Shown here in pieces: positions 23,784 through 32,000 of a stretch of DNA of 32,000 bases; the stretch's first letter is position 1, and the number at the start of each line of letters is the position of its first letter. The stretch comes from a bacterium (GTDB lineage Bacteria > UBP7 > UBA6624 > JBBIMK01): contig JBBIMK010000013.1 in assembly GCA_037444445.1 (NCBI GenBank), positions 1 to 32,000 on the forward strand, read 5' to 3'. The notes under the pieces are model-generated. The model made no database searches and was not told where the DNA came from. It saw only the letters and a program-made list of their open reading frames with translations. Made by a program: the position numbers and the translations under genes.

Positions 23784-26558
23784 ATGATACGACTGCTGAA
23801 GAAAGTTTTTGATTCTAATGAGCGGGAAGTAGCCCGACTGTGGAAGGTGGTTCGCCGAATCAACGCCCTGGAAGAGAAGGTGCAGGCCCTTTCGTCGGAG
23901 GCGCTACGACAGAAGACAGAGGAATTCCGGAACCGCCTGAAGCAGGGTGAGAAACTGGATAACCTCCTGGTGGAAGCCTTTGCAGTGGTGCGGGAGGCAG
24001 GGCGGCGCACCATCCACCTTCGTCACTTTGATGTCCAACTCATCGGCGGTATTGTTCTCCACCAGGGCAGAATCGCAGAAATGGCCACCGGCGAGGGGAA
24101 AACCCTCGTGGCTACCCTCCCCATTTACCTCAATGCCCTCACCGGTAAAGGGGTTCACCTGGTCACCGTGAACGATTACCTCGCTCGTCGGGACGCTATG
24201 TGGATGGGCCCCATTTACCTCTCCTTAGGGTTGACTGTGGGCGTCTTACAGCACGATTCCGCTTATACCATTGACTGGGACCCCACTGCCGTCTACGGCA
24301 CAAAAATGGTGAAATGTGAGCAAAGAAAAACCGCTTACCTCTGCGATATTACTTACGGCACCAACTCCGAGTTCGGATTTGATTACCTCCGCGACAATAT
24401 GGTCTATCGTCTGGAGGACCGGGTTCAGAGGGAATTGAATTATGCCATCGTGGACGAGGTGGACAGCATACTGATAGATGAAGCCCGCACCCCGCTCATC
24501 ATTTCCGGCATGGGTGTAGAAGATACCCGCATCTACCGCGAGGTCGCCCAGGTCATTGCCACCCTGAACCCGGACACCGATGTGGAAATCAAGGAGAAAG
24601 AATTCTCCGTCACGCTCACCGCAGATGGGATGCAGAAGGTGGAGAAAGCCTTCGGCATCAAGAACCTGTATGATTTTGAGAATTCAGATTTGAATCATCG
24701 GGTATATCAGGCGCTCAAAGCTCGTTTCCTGATGAAGTCGGACAAAGAATATGTGGTGAAGAACGGGGAAATCATCATCGTGGACGAGTTCACCGGGCGT
24801 TTAATGTTCGGACGCCGATACTCCGACGGCCTCCATCAGGCCATTGAAGCCAAGGAAGGAGTGCCCGTGAGGGCAGAAAGCCAGACCCTCGCCACCATCA
24901 CCATCCAGAACTACTTCCGGATGTATAAAAAATTGGCTGGCATGACAGGAACCGCCAAAACGGAAGAGCGGGAGTTCGTGAATATCTACGGAATGGATGT
25001 GGTGGTGATTCCCACCAACCGCCCGTTAATCCGCCACACGCTGAACGACCAGGTGTACAAAACGGAAAGAGCGAAATTCCGTGCAGTGGTGAATAGCATC
25101 CTCCAGCGTTATCAGAAAGGCCAGCCCGTTCTGGTGGGCACCACTTCCATAGAGAACTCGGAAAAGTTGAGCCGGCTGTTAGAGAAAGAGCGTGTGCCTC
25201 ACTCGGTGCTGAATGCCAAGCACCACGAGCGGGAAGCAGAAATCGTCGCACAGGCGGGACGCTTCGGTGCCGTCACCATCGCCACCAACATGGCAGGTAG
25301 AGGAACCGACATCCTCCTGGGCGGCAACCCCGCTTTCCTTGCCAGAGAAATCCTGAAAGCAGAAGGAAAAGACCCGGATAAGAACCCGGAAGCCTTTCAG
25401 GAAGCCCTGAAGAAAGCCGAACTTATCACCCGCGATGAACATCAGAAGGTGGTGGCTCAGGGCGGCCTCCATGTAATCGGCACGGAACGCCACGAAGCCC
25501 GGCGCATTGATAACCAGCTCCGGGGACGGGCTGGAAGACAGGGCGACCCCGGCTCCTCCCAGTTCTTCCTCTCCCTGGAGGATGAAATTATGCGTAAGTT
25601 CGGCCAGGACCGGGTCAAAGCCCTGATGGACCGCTTCAACTTCCCGGAAGATGAAGTCCTGGAAGCCGGTATGATAAATTGGGCGATTGAATCCGTCCAG
25701 AAACGCGTGGAAGCCAACAACTTTGAAATCCGTAAGAACCTCCTGAAATACGATGACATCTTGAACAAACAGAGGGAAGTCATTTATGCAGAGCGGATGA
25801 AAGTGCTCACCGAACCCGGCTTCCACGATAAAGTCTACTCCTTCCTGGATGCCGTTATAGATAGCCTCCTCAACGAATACTGCCCCAGAGAGGATTCTCC
25901 CGCTGAATGGCGACTGAAGGAACTTCATAGAGACCTTCACTTCCTTATGCCCATCCCCCTCACCGAGGAAGAGTTAAGGCAGAAAGCCTTAAATAACGCA
26001 CCCCCGAATCCCGATGCACGCCTTTCCGCCCTCCAGGATTTCCTCCGGGCACTCATTCACCCGCTGTATCAAAAGCGGGTTGAGGAGTTAGGAACCGAGA
26101 TTGCGGAGGCTCTTGCCCGCCTGGCTACCCTGCGAGCCATAGACCGCCGATGGATTGAACACCTGGATATGATGGACCATCTGAGAGAGGGCGTGAGTCT
26201 TCGCGGCTACGGCAATGTGAACCCCATCGTCGTCTATGCAAAGGAAGCCTTTGACCAGTTCCAGAGCCTGCTGACGAATATTCAGAAGGACATCGTTCGC
26301 GAAATCTTCCTGGCACAGGTCCAGGTGAAGCCTTCGGCGGGCGTGTTTGAGACGATTGAAAAATCGTATTCCGCCCCCGATGACTCAGGCGCTAAGGCGG
26401 AGGGAGAAACCCCACCATCCCGCCCCAGACTCCCCGATAGAAAGAAGAAACAGGTGGGACGCAACGACCCCTGCCCCTGCGGCTCCGGCAAAAAATACAA
26501 AAAATGCTGTATGAACAAAGACCTGGCCGCCGGGAAACCCTCAGCCCCTGCCCGCTAA
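23784..26558 (+). CDS. secA: Preprotein translocase ATPase SecA
   Basis: 924 aa. Walker A MATGEGKTLVATLP, DEVDSILIDEARTPLIISG, and the C-terminal zinc-binding tail CPCGSGKKYKKCC. Confidence 0.97.
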   Translation: MIRLLKKVFDSNEREVARLWKVVRRINALEEKVQALSSEALRQKTEEFRNRLKQGEKLDNLLVEAFAVVREAGRRTIHLRHFDVQLIGGIVLHQGRIAEMATGEGKTLVATLPIYLNALTGKGVHLVTVNDYLARRDAMWMGPIYLSLGLTVGVLQHDSAYTIDWDPTAVYGTKMVKCEQRKTAYLCDITYGTNSEFGFDYLRDNMVYRLEDRVQRELNYAIVDEVDSILIDEARTPLIISGMGVEDTRIYREVAQVIATLNPDTDVEIKEKEFSVTLTADGMQKVEKAFGIKNLYDFENSDLNHRVYQALKARFLMKSDKEYVVKNGEIIIVDEFTGRLMFGRRYSDGLHQAIEAKEGVPVRAESQTLATITIQNYFRMYKKLAGMTGTAKTEEREFVNIYGMDVVVIPTNRPLIRHTLNDQVYKTERAKFRAVVNSILQRYQKGQPVLVGTTSIENSEKLSRLLEKERVPHSVLNAKHHEREAEIVAQAGRFGAVTIATNMAGRGTDILLGGNPAFLAREILKAEGKDPDKNPEAFQEALKKAELITRDEHQKVVAQGGLHVIGTERHEARRIDNQLRGRAGRQGDPGSSQFFLSLEDEIMRKFGQDRVKALMDRFNFPEDEVLEAGMINWAIESVQKRVEANNFEIRKNLLKYDDILNKQREVIYAERMKVLTEPGFHDKVYSFLDAVIDSLLNEYCPREDSPAEWRLKELHRDLHFLMPIPLTEEELRQKALNNAPPNPDARLSALQDFLRALIHPLYQKRVEELGTEIAEALARLATLRAIDRRWIEHLDMMDHLREGVSLRGYGNVNPIVVYAKEAFDQFQSLLTNIQKDIVREIFLAQVQVKPSAGVFETIEKSYSAPDDSGAKAEGETPPSRPRLPDRKKKQVGRNDPCPCGSGKKYKKCCMNKDLAAGKPSAPAR

Positions 26559-26584
26559 ATTCCATTCACTCCTTTTGCCACTGA

Positions 26585-26648
26585 AGGTGAAGGGCACGAA
26601 AAACTTCACCGATGAAATGAATTTCCCACTTCATCTGCCCTTTCACCT
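26585..26648. terminator. Compound hairpin between convergent secA and E2 genes (possible bidirectional terminator)
   Basis: The outer stem pairs AGGTGAAGGGCA (26585-26596) with TGCCCTTTCACCT (26636-26648): 12 bp with a 1-nt bulge. The inner stem pairs GATGAAATG (26611-26619) with CACTTCATC (26627-26635). There is no clear U-tract on either strand. Confidence 0.4.
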
Positions 26649-26667
26649 CTATTCCCCAGCCCCCCAT

Positions 26668-27879
26668 TTATTCCATCAGCAAGAGTTCAGGAGTCTGCAG
26701 GGTTTGAGATAAAACCTGAAGGAAGCGAGCCACAGTTGCACCGTCCACAATCCGATGGTCAAAAGAAATGGAAAAGTAAATCACATCCCGAATGACAATT
26801 TGATTCTCCATCACCACCGGGCGTTTTTTAATCTGGTGCACGCCCAAAATTGCGGAGTTCGGATAGTGGATGATGGGAGCCGACAGAAAAACGCCTAAAT
26901 GTCCCGCTGATGTAATGCTGAAGGTGGCGTCTTGCACTTCTTTCAGCCCGAGGGTCCCTTTCCGAGCCCTCTCCGTTAGCCTCTCAATCTCCCTCGCAAT
27001 CTCAATCACCGACAGTTTATCCACTTGCTTCACCACAGGCACTATCAATCCATCTTCCACATCCACCGCGATGCCGATGTTGTAATACTTTTTATAAATC
27101 AATTCTGACTTCTCTTCATCCAGGGAAGCGTTCATACCAGGATAGGCTTTGAGGGCAGGAATCAGGGCTTTCGTGATGAAACTGAGGTAAGTGAGTTTCA
27201 CTCCTTCTTTTTCTGCTCGCGGCTTCATCCGCTCTCTTAAGGAGACGAGATTCGTAACATCCACTTCTTCCACCACAAGGGTGTGGGCGGCTCTGTCTAA
27301 CGACAGCCGCATACGGTCGCCCACCATCCTTCGCTTCCCGCGGTAGGGCATCCTTTCCACTTCTCCTGCGGGTGTGACCACAGGAACAGCAGTAGCCCCT
27401 ATGCCTGCCCCCCAAAATTTTTCCACATCCTCTTTCGTGATTCTTCCGCCAGGACCCGTTCCCTCCACCTTTGTCAGGTCCACACCCTTTTCCCTGGCGT
27501 AGGCACGAACAGCAGGGGTGGCAAGTGGTTTTTCCTCCGGGCGCGAGGGAACAATCCCTTCCCCGACCCTTCCTTCTTTTTTCTCCACCCGGGGTGAGGC
27601 GGGTTCCTCCTCTGCCTCTTCCCTTTTCCCCTCCTTCCCTTCTTCGGCTTCAAACAGGGCAATAGCCGTCCCCACCTTCACCACTTCCCCTTCCCGATGC
27701 AGGAACTTCATCAGCCTGCCCTCCACCGGTGATGGAACCTCCACATTCACCTTCTCCGTCAGAACCTCTAAAAGAATCTGGTCCTTCTTTACGAACTCCC
27801 CTTCCTTCACGAACCACTTCCCGATTTCGCCTTCCACGATGGATTCTGCAATTTCTGGCATCTTGAATTCTATCGGCAT
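26668..27879 (-). CDS. Dihydrolipoamide acyltransferase (E2 component of a 2-oxoacid dehydrogenase complex)
   Basis: 403 aa. N-terminal lipoyl domain (LLEVLTEKVNVEVPSP), an acidic/Pro linker, the E3/E1-binding domain ATPAVRAYAREKGVDLTKVEGTGPGGRITKEDV, and the catalytic motif SFDHRIVDGA. AAAGGAGGG SD upstream. Confidence 0.92.
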   Translation of the reverse strand: MPIEFKMPEIAESIVEGEIGKWFVKEGEFVKKDQILLEVLTEKVNVEVPSPVEGRLMKFLHREGEVVKVGTAIALFEAEEGKEGKREEAEEEPASPRVEKKEGRVGEGIVPSRPEEKPLATPAVRAYAREKGVDLTKVEGTGPGGRITKEDVEKFWGAGIGATAVPVVTPAGEVERMPYRGKRRMVGDRMRLSLDRAAHTLVVEEVDVTNLVSLRERMKPRAEKEGVKLTYLSFITKALIPALKAYPGMNASLDEEKSELIYKKYYNIGIAVDVEDGLIVPVVKQVDKLSVIEIAREIERLTERARKGTLGLKEVQDATFSITSAGHLGVFLSAPIIHYPNSAILGVHQIKKRPVVMENQIVIRDVIYFSISFDHRIVDGATVARFLQVLSQTLQTPELLLME

Positions 27880-27923
27880 AATTTTTTCCCTCCTTTCGGG
27901 ACCCCGTCCCGTGCACTGACTCT

Positions 27924-27932
27924 ATTTTATCA
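27924..27932 (-). promoter_or_regulatory. Extended -10 box TGaTAAAAT in the aroC-E2 spacer
   Basis: The reverse complement of 27924-27932 is TGATAAAAT. It would give a leader of roughly 40 nt containing the hairpin CGGGAC-GGG-GTCCCG and the SD before ATG 27879. Confidence 0.4.
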
Positions 27933-27968
27933 GACTAAAAAACTCCTTGACGCTGGGCACCAGAGGGT

Positions 27969-29126
27969 TCATCGTTTCGTGCCCTGCAGGAAGCCGATTC
28001 GCCTGCAATATGAGCGGTGAGCAGTGAGAGTTTCCTGAATGCAATCGCCACCGAATTTTTCCAGCAACGCATCCGCAAGCACAAGCCCCATTACCCCTTC
28101 GCCCACCACGGAGGCAGAAGGAACAATGAAAATATCGGAGCGAATATAACAGGCAGGTGCTGGCTTGCCCGTCCGCAGGTTCACTGAGGGAAGGGGCTTT
28201 TTCTGGGTTGGCACAGGTTTCACATACCCCCGTACCACGATGGGCATTCCGTTGGTCATTCCGCCTTCAATTCCTCCTGCATAGTTCGTGGGGCGGGTAA
28301 TCGGAATGTTCTCCCCTCTTCTTCCCGGTAGAATCGGGTCTATAGCATCGCTCCCGAAACGCTTGCATATCTTTAGGCCCTCTCCAATTTCCACCGCTTT
28401 TACAGAAGGGATGGACATAAATGCGAAGGCGAGGCGTGCATCCAGCCGCTTATCCCACTGAATATAGGAGCCCAATCCGGGTGGCACATTGCAGGCACGC
28501 ACTTCAAAACTACCCCCCAGGGTCGTGCCGGCTGAAGAGGCTTTCTTCAACAGGGCTTTCACCTTCTCTGTCATCTCAGCCTCAGGGCAGTAGAAAGGGG
28601 AAGCATCCCGCTCTTTCAGGAGTTCTTCAGGATTCTCCGGTGCGGAAGAAATTGAGAATTCACCGGCAGAACGAAGAAAGCCAATCACCTGAATCTGAAA
28701 AGCCCTCAGGAACTGGAGGGCGATGACGCCCAGGGCTGTCCTCATGGCAGTTTCCCGGGCGCTGGCTCGCTCCGCCACCGGCGCCAGATGGGTAAAACCA
28801 TATTTTACATAGCCCCCATAATCCGCATGCCCGGGCCTGGGAATGGTGCCCAATCTCTCCCCTTCCGGCTCCTCTCCCGGTGCCCGATTCGGTAACATAA
28901 GAGCGATGGGTGCGCCAGTGGTTCTCCCCCCATACAGCCCGGATAAAATTTGAATCCTGTCCTCCTCAATACGGTGCGAACGAACACTACGCCCGGGCAC
29001 TTTCTGCCGACGCCTCAAATAATGGTTGATGCTCTCTTCCGATATACAAATGCCGGCGGGTAGCCCCTCCAGTATCCCCACCAGAAATTTGCCGTGGGAT
29101 TCTCCTGCCGTCCAGTATCTTAACAT
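27969..29126 (-). CDS. aroC: Chorismate synthase
   Basis: 385 aa. N-terminus MLRYWTAGESHGK, plus RPGHADY and ERASARETAMR. Confidence 0.95.
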   Translation of the reverse strand: MLRYWTAGESHGKFLVGILEGLPAGICISEESINHYLRRRQKVPGRSVRSHRIEEDRIQILSGLYGGRTTGAPIALMLPNRAPGEEPEGERLGTIPRPGHADYGGYVKYGFTHLAPVAERASARETAMRTALGVIALQFLRAFQIQVIGFLRSAGEFSISSAPENPEELLKERDASPFYCPEAEMTEKVKALLKKASSAGTTLGGSFEVRACNVPPGLGSYIQWDKRLDARLAFAFMSIPSVKAVEIGEGLKICKRFGSDAIDPILPGRRGENIPITRPTNYAGGIEGGMTNGMPIVVRGYVKPVPTQKKPLPSVNLRTGKPAPACYIRSDIFIVPSASVVGEGVMGLVLADALLEKFGGDCIQETLTAHRSYCRRIGFLQGTKR

Positions 29127-29242
29127 CTATCCTCCTTTCTCCACTATCCAGCTTATAGTGTATCAAACTCCCCCCCTTTTTTGGAAAGGGCTATCCGTCC
29201 TCCCGAGGAACAGGATTATGCCCTATGCCATATTCCAAACTC

Positions 29243-29253
29243 TGGTATATAAT
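29243..29253 (+). promoter_or_regulatory. -10 region TGGTATATAAT upstream of the beta-propeller lipoprotein gene
   Basis: TATAAT at 29248-29253, preceded by TGGTA. It is followed by the SD GGAGGTG (29262-29268) and ATG 29276. Confidence 0.45.
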
Positions 29254-29275
29254 TCAGAGTTGGAGGTGGAAAACG

Positions 29276-30727
29276 ATGAAAAGGTTTCTAACTTTTGGAA
29301 TCGTAGGATTACTGCTTTACTCCTGCGGTGGTGGGGGTGGTGGCGGCGGGCTTGCTCCTCTCCTTCAACTCCTGCAAACCGCCCTGAACTTCCCCTCATC
29401 GGTCAACTCCCTTCAGTTGCAAATAAAAAATAATGGCGGTGGAACCCTCACCTGGAACCTTACGGAATCCTTGGACTGGTTAACCCTTGACCAGACCAGC
29501 GGAAGCACAGCAGCAGGGCAAACTTCCACGGTGAATGTAACGGTAAACCGAACCGGTCAGAACCCCGGCTCCTATACGGGCACGATTAGCGTGACCTCTA
29601 ACGGCGGAAATGGAACTGTGAATGCCACCCTTGTGGTTATTTTCCCCTCGCAGGACGATGTGGATTCAGCGCCCAATGGTGCCGGATGGGTGAACCTCAT
29701 CACCGACATCAACGGCACGGATTTGCACCTGGGCTACTACAATGCCTCTAACGGACCCCGCTATATCAAGCGAACCGGTGGAGTCTGGGGGCTCCCCATA
29801 GTAGTAGAAACCAATCCAGCATATCAAAGCCCTCAGGTGGGGAAATATCTCAGTATGGCATTAAGCGCCGATGGCAAGCCCTCTATGGCATACCAGGATG
29901 GCACCGGCGTTATTTCACCTGGAAAGAAATTTTTCGTCTACGCCTATTCACAGGGAACGACCTGGACCACTCTTCATAGCAGTTTTGGTGCCACGGGGGA
30001 CGACCTGGGCAACTATTGCGGGCTTGCCCGCTCAAAAGCGTCCGGTGAAACGGATGATTTCGCCCTTCACGCCAGTTTGCCTTCTAATACTTTATACGCC
30101 GTTCACTGCTCAGAGAGCACTTGTTCCCCGGTACCCTTAGGAGACCCTGCGGGAATTTATCCCTCTATCTATGCTTCCGGTGGAAGAAACAACGCTATAT
30201 ATCTCTCTCTTATTGACCCTTCTAATAACTCCCTTGGATTTCTATCTTGCGAGAATATGACTTGCTCCCCCACTGCACCCACACTTCTCACAATTTTGAC
30301 GGGCTTACCTGCAGGTTCCGCCTATACCTCTCTCGCCTCCTCCGATGGCACTTCCTTCCGCATTGCTTACTATGCTGGAAGTGATGGGTTAAAAGTTATC
30401 GCCTGTGATTCTAACTGCACCACGCCGGCGAACTGGAATTTATCCTGGACTGTAGAAGCGGGCGCAAATAACGGCAGATACCCCCACCTGATTTATGTCC
30501 CCGGAGATACTTATCACATCGCTTATGTGGATGCCAGCCATCAGGTGAAGCACGCCTGGTGGGATAACACCACCGCCTCCTGGAAGACAGAAATCGTGGC
30601 AGATAACATCGGCACGAACGGCGGATACCCCAGCGTTGCCCTCACCGGTGGAACGGATAACAAAATCTATATCGCCTACTACAACGACACCACGAAGAAA
30701 ATTGTGCTTGCCTCAAAGCCCCGGTAA
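29276..30727 (+). CDS. Exported lipoprotein: Gly-run linker, Ig-like (BACON-like) domain and a roughly 7-bladed beta-propeller
   Basis: Start taken at ATG 29276, with the SD 7 nt upstream; the ORF track's 29225 start adds 17 aa. Signal/lipobox is MKRFLTFGIVGLLLYSC followed by G8. The Ig-like segment is GGGTLTWNLTESLDWLTLDQTSGS…GTISVTSNGG. About seven repeats fit the pattern G-x-Y-P/L-S-x-A…IAY. Confidence 0.8.
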   Translation: MKRFLTFGIVGLLLYSCGGGGGGGGLAPLLQLLQTALNFPSSVNSLQLQIKNNGGGTLTWNLTESLDWLTLDQTSGSTAAGQTSTVNVTVNRTGQNPGSYTGTISVTSNGGNGTVNATLVVIFPSQDDVDSAPNGAGWVNLITDINGTDLHLGYYNASNGPRYIKRTGGVWGLPIVVETNPAYQSPQVGKYLSMALSADGKPSMAYQDGTGVISPGKKFFVYAYSQGTTWTTLHSSFGATGDDLGNYCGLARSKASGETDDFALHASLPSNTLYAVHCSESTCSPVPLGDPAGIYPSIYASGGRNNAIYLSLIDPSNNSLGFLSCENMTCSPTAPTLLTILTGLPAGSAYTSLASSDGTSFRIAYYAGSDGLKVIACDSNCTTPANWNLSWTVEAGANNGRYPHLIYVPGDTYHIAYVDASHQVKHAWWDNTTASWKTEIVADNIGTNGGYPSVALTGGTDNKIYIAYYNDTTKKIVLASKPR

Positions 30728-30768
30728 GACTTCGCCTCTCCATGATAAATATCATTCGCCTGGTGTAG

Positions 30769-30789
30769 GGGAGGAGCTCGTCTCCTCCC
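30769..30789 (+). terminator. GC-rich hairpin downstream of the lipoprotein gene
   Basis: GGGAGGAG (30769-30776) pairs with CTCCTCCC (30782-30789), a perfect 8-bp stem around a 5-nt loop. It lies 42 nt after the TAA stop and has no U-tract. Confidence 0.35.
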
Positions 30790-30846
30790 GAAGTGAACTC
30801 AACCGGGTGGTAAAGGAATCCCGCTTGTTTTGTAATGGGGCTCCCG

Positions 30847-30911
30847 CCCGTCATTCTGAGCGGAGCGAAAAATCTCCATTCAGATGCTTCACTTCGTTCA
30901 GCGGGACACTC
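30847..30911 (+). repeat. Palindromic intergenic repeat, copy B
   Basis: CCCGTCATTCTGAGCGGAGCGA … TTCAGCGGGACACTC. The two arms (GTCATTCTGAGCGGAGCGAA and CTTCACTTCGTTCAGCGGGAC) form an imperfect ~20-bp hairpin. The right end abuts the stop codon (30910-30912) of the minus-strand gene. Confidence 0.5.
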
Positions 30912-32000
30912 ACTGCTTCCAGGGCAAAAGGCGTGCCAGAAGTTGTCGCAATGCATCCGGCGATGTGAAAGCCCCTATCTGGTAGTATCGGACATAGCCA
31001 TTGCGGTCAACAAAGTAACTCCACGGAGCGCTTATGCCTTGCTCGTTAGAAAAAGTGTCCCGATAACGAACGTATGTGTCTGCTCGTCTGCTATCGCTCT
31101 CTGGTGTATCATGAGCCCATTTAAAGGTATATTGTTTGCCACCATTAGGTGGGTCTGAGCCTGGGTCGGGGTCCCTGTTGATAAAGTATTCACTTTCGGA
31201 CACTGATTCGTAGAAGGAGATCGCCACAATCTCATAGCCATTGGCATTCTGTTCGTTGTAGACCGTTTGTAAGTGCGGGAATTCCACAAGGCACCAGTAG
31301 CACCAGTAACCCCAGAAATTGATATGAAGAACGGAACCGCGAAATTCATCTGGCCCGACTCGTCCGCCAGCTGTTGAATTGCGGTTCAATTTTCCATCAG
31401 GGCTTCCATCAGGGCCCCAAGGTGGAGCTGTAGATGGATAACCCAGCACGGGCAGGTCGGTGATGACAACAATGAGGTCCTTCGTGAAAGTGTTATTCTG
31501 GGCGTCGGTAACAGTGAGGCGAACCCGATAGTTTGGCCCTATACCCTGATACGAATGGGAAGTGGTTTGTCCGGTTCCGTTGGGAGTTCCGTCGCCAAAA
31601 TTCCAGGTGTATGTCAGATTTCCGGTGGAAGTGGTGACCGTGTAAGGGTCTGAAGGCTGCCCTGCTCCCAATGAATTCCAACCCGTGACCCGGTAGGTAT
31701 ACTGGTTGGCGGGAGGCAGATTGTTATCCGTAAATTGAGTGGTGTTAGCGGGCAGGTTGGCAATTTCCGTCCACCCTCCAGGAGGAATCTGCCGTTCCAC
31801 TTTATATCCGTCTTCATTGGGCGTGTCGTTCCACTGGCAGGTGATACCTCCGCCGGTGGTGGTAGCACTGGCGGAGAAGTTCACAGTGACAGGGCTGCCA
31901 GTGTATTCGGCGCTGGGTGGGTCAGCCGTGGCAGTGACTGTGAGCCCACCACCGCCAGAGCAGGCGAGCCCGGTCACTTTCGGAGGAACAGGATTCCCCA
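30910..32000 (-). CDS. Exported multidomain protein: FN3 + PKD + C-terminal thioredoxin-fold (TlpA/redoxin-like) domain; 5' end lies outside the window
   Basis: The frame is open to the window edge (…GNPVPPKVTGLACSGGGG…), and the track's GTG 31977 has no SD or signal peptide. FN3 segment: DGYKVERQ…TQFTDNNLPPANQYTYRVTGWNSLG. PKD segment: YTWNFGDGTPNGTGQTTSHSY…RVRLTVTDAQNN. Redoxin motif: VLHINFWGYWCYWCLVEFPHL. Confidence 0.8.
   Translation of the reverse strand, partial: GNPVPPKVTGLACSGGGGLTVTATADPPSAEYTGSPVTVNFSASATTTGGGITCQWNDTPNEDGYKVERQIPPGGWTEIANLPANTTQFTDNNLPPANQYTYRVTGWNSLGAGQPSDPYTVTTSTGNLTYTWNFGDGTPNGTGQTTSHSYQGIGPNYRVRLTVTDAQNNTFTKDLIVVITDLPVLGYPSTAPPWGPDGSPDGKLNRNSTAGGRVGPDEFRGSVLHINFWGYWCYWCLVEFPHLQTVYNEQNANGYEIVAISFYESVSESEYFINRDPDPGSDPPNGGKQYTFKWAHDTPESDSRRADTYVRYRDTFSNEQGISAPWSYFVDRNGYVRYYQIGAFTSPDALRQLLARLLPWKQ

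Noticed and set aside
25179-25940. 253-aa minus-strand ORF inside secA, and similar ones at 20383-20955 inside polA and 23555-24013
   Set aside because: They are antisense shadows of highly conserved genes with no independent coding signal.
29327-29350. GGT/GGG/GGC run that looks like a simple-sequence repeat
   Set aside because: It is in frame within the lipoprotein gene and encodes the Gly8 tether directly after the lipobox Cys. Codons are mixed, so it is not a perfect microsatellite or a CRISPR-like repeat.

Overview
This is a dense 32-kb bacterial chromosomal segment, and I cannot assign a taxon from the sequence alone. It is dominated by plus-strand housekeeping and central-metabolism units. 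In order these are: corA; a two-subunit Fe-S (class I) fumarate/tartrate hydro-lyase; an amidohydrolase; and a co-directional string of panB-panC-panD-kdsD, a class III aminotransferase and an alkaline-phosphatase-superfamily protein. Next come larC, methylmalonyl-CoA epimerase and a three-subunit acyl-CoA carboxylase (CT, BC, BCCP), then tRNA-Leu(CAA) on the minus strand, polA, an S1-domain protein with coaE, and secA. Minus-strand aroC and a lone 2-oxoacid-dehydrogenase E2 follow. The right end holds two convergent exported proteins: a beta-propeller lipoprotein, and an FN3-PKD-thioredoxin-fold protein cut by the window edge. I saw no rRNA, CRISPR array, transposase, integrase or phage genes. 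The only clearly accessory-looking block is a tightly packed minus-strand module at about 11.1-13.1 kb. It encodes a Cys-rich EF-hand-like lipoprotein whose gene is split at a G6 tract, an AT-rich CPBP/Abi-family intramembrane protease, a 66-aa two-TM miniprotein, and an unrecognisable 138-aa protein that also shows reading-frame discontinuities. This module is my best candidate for an undescribed system, but the functional reading is inference only. Other recurring signals are: TGnTAnAAT-type -10 boxes 6-12 nt upstream of the start codons of operon-leading genes that lack Shine-Dalgarno sequences (leaderless or near-leaderless mRNAs); a short palindromic intergenic repeat present in two inverted copies (13.3 kb and 30.85 kb); a single in-frame TAA separating larC from the epimerase gene; and a PolA whose 3'-5' exonuclease motifs look degenerate.
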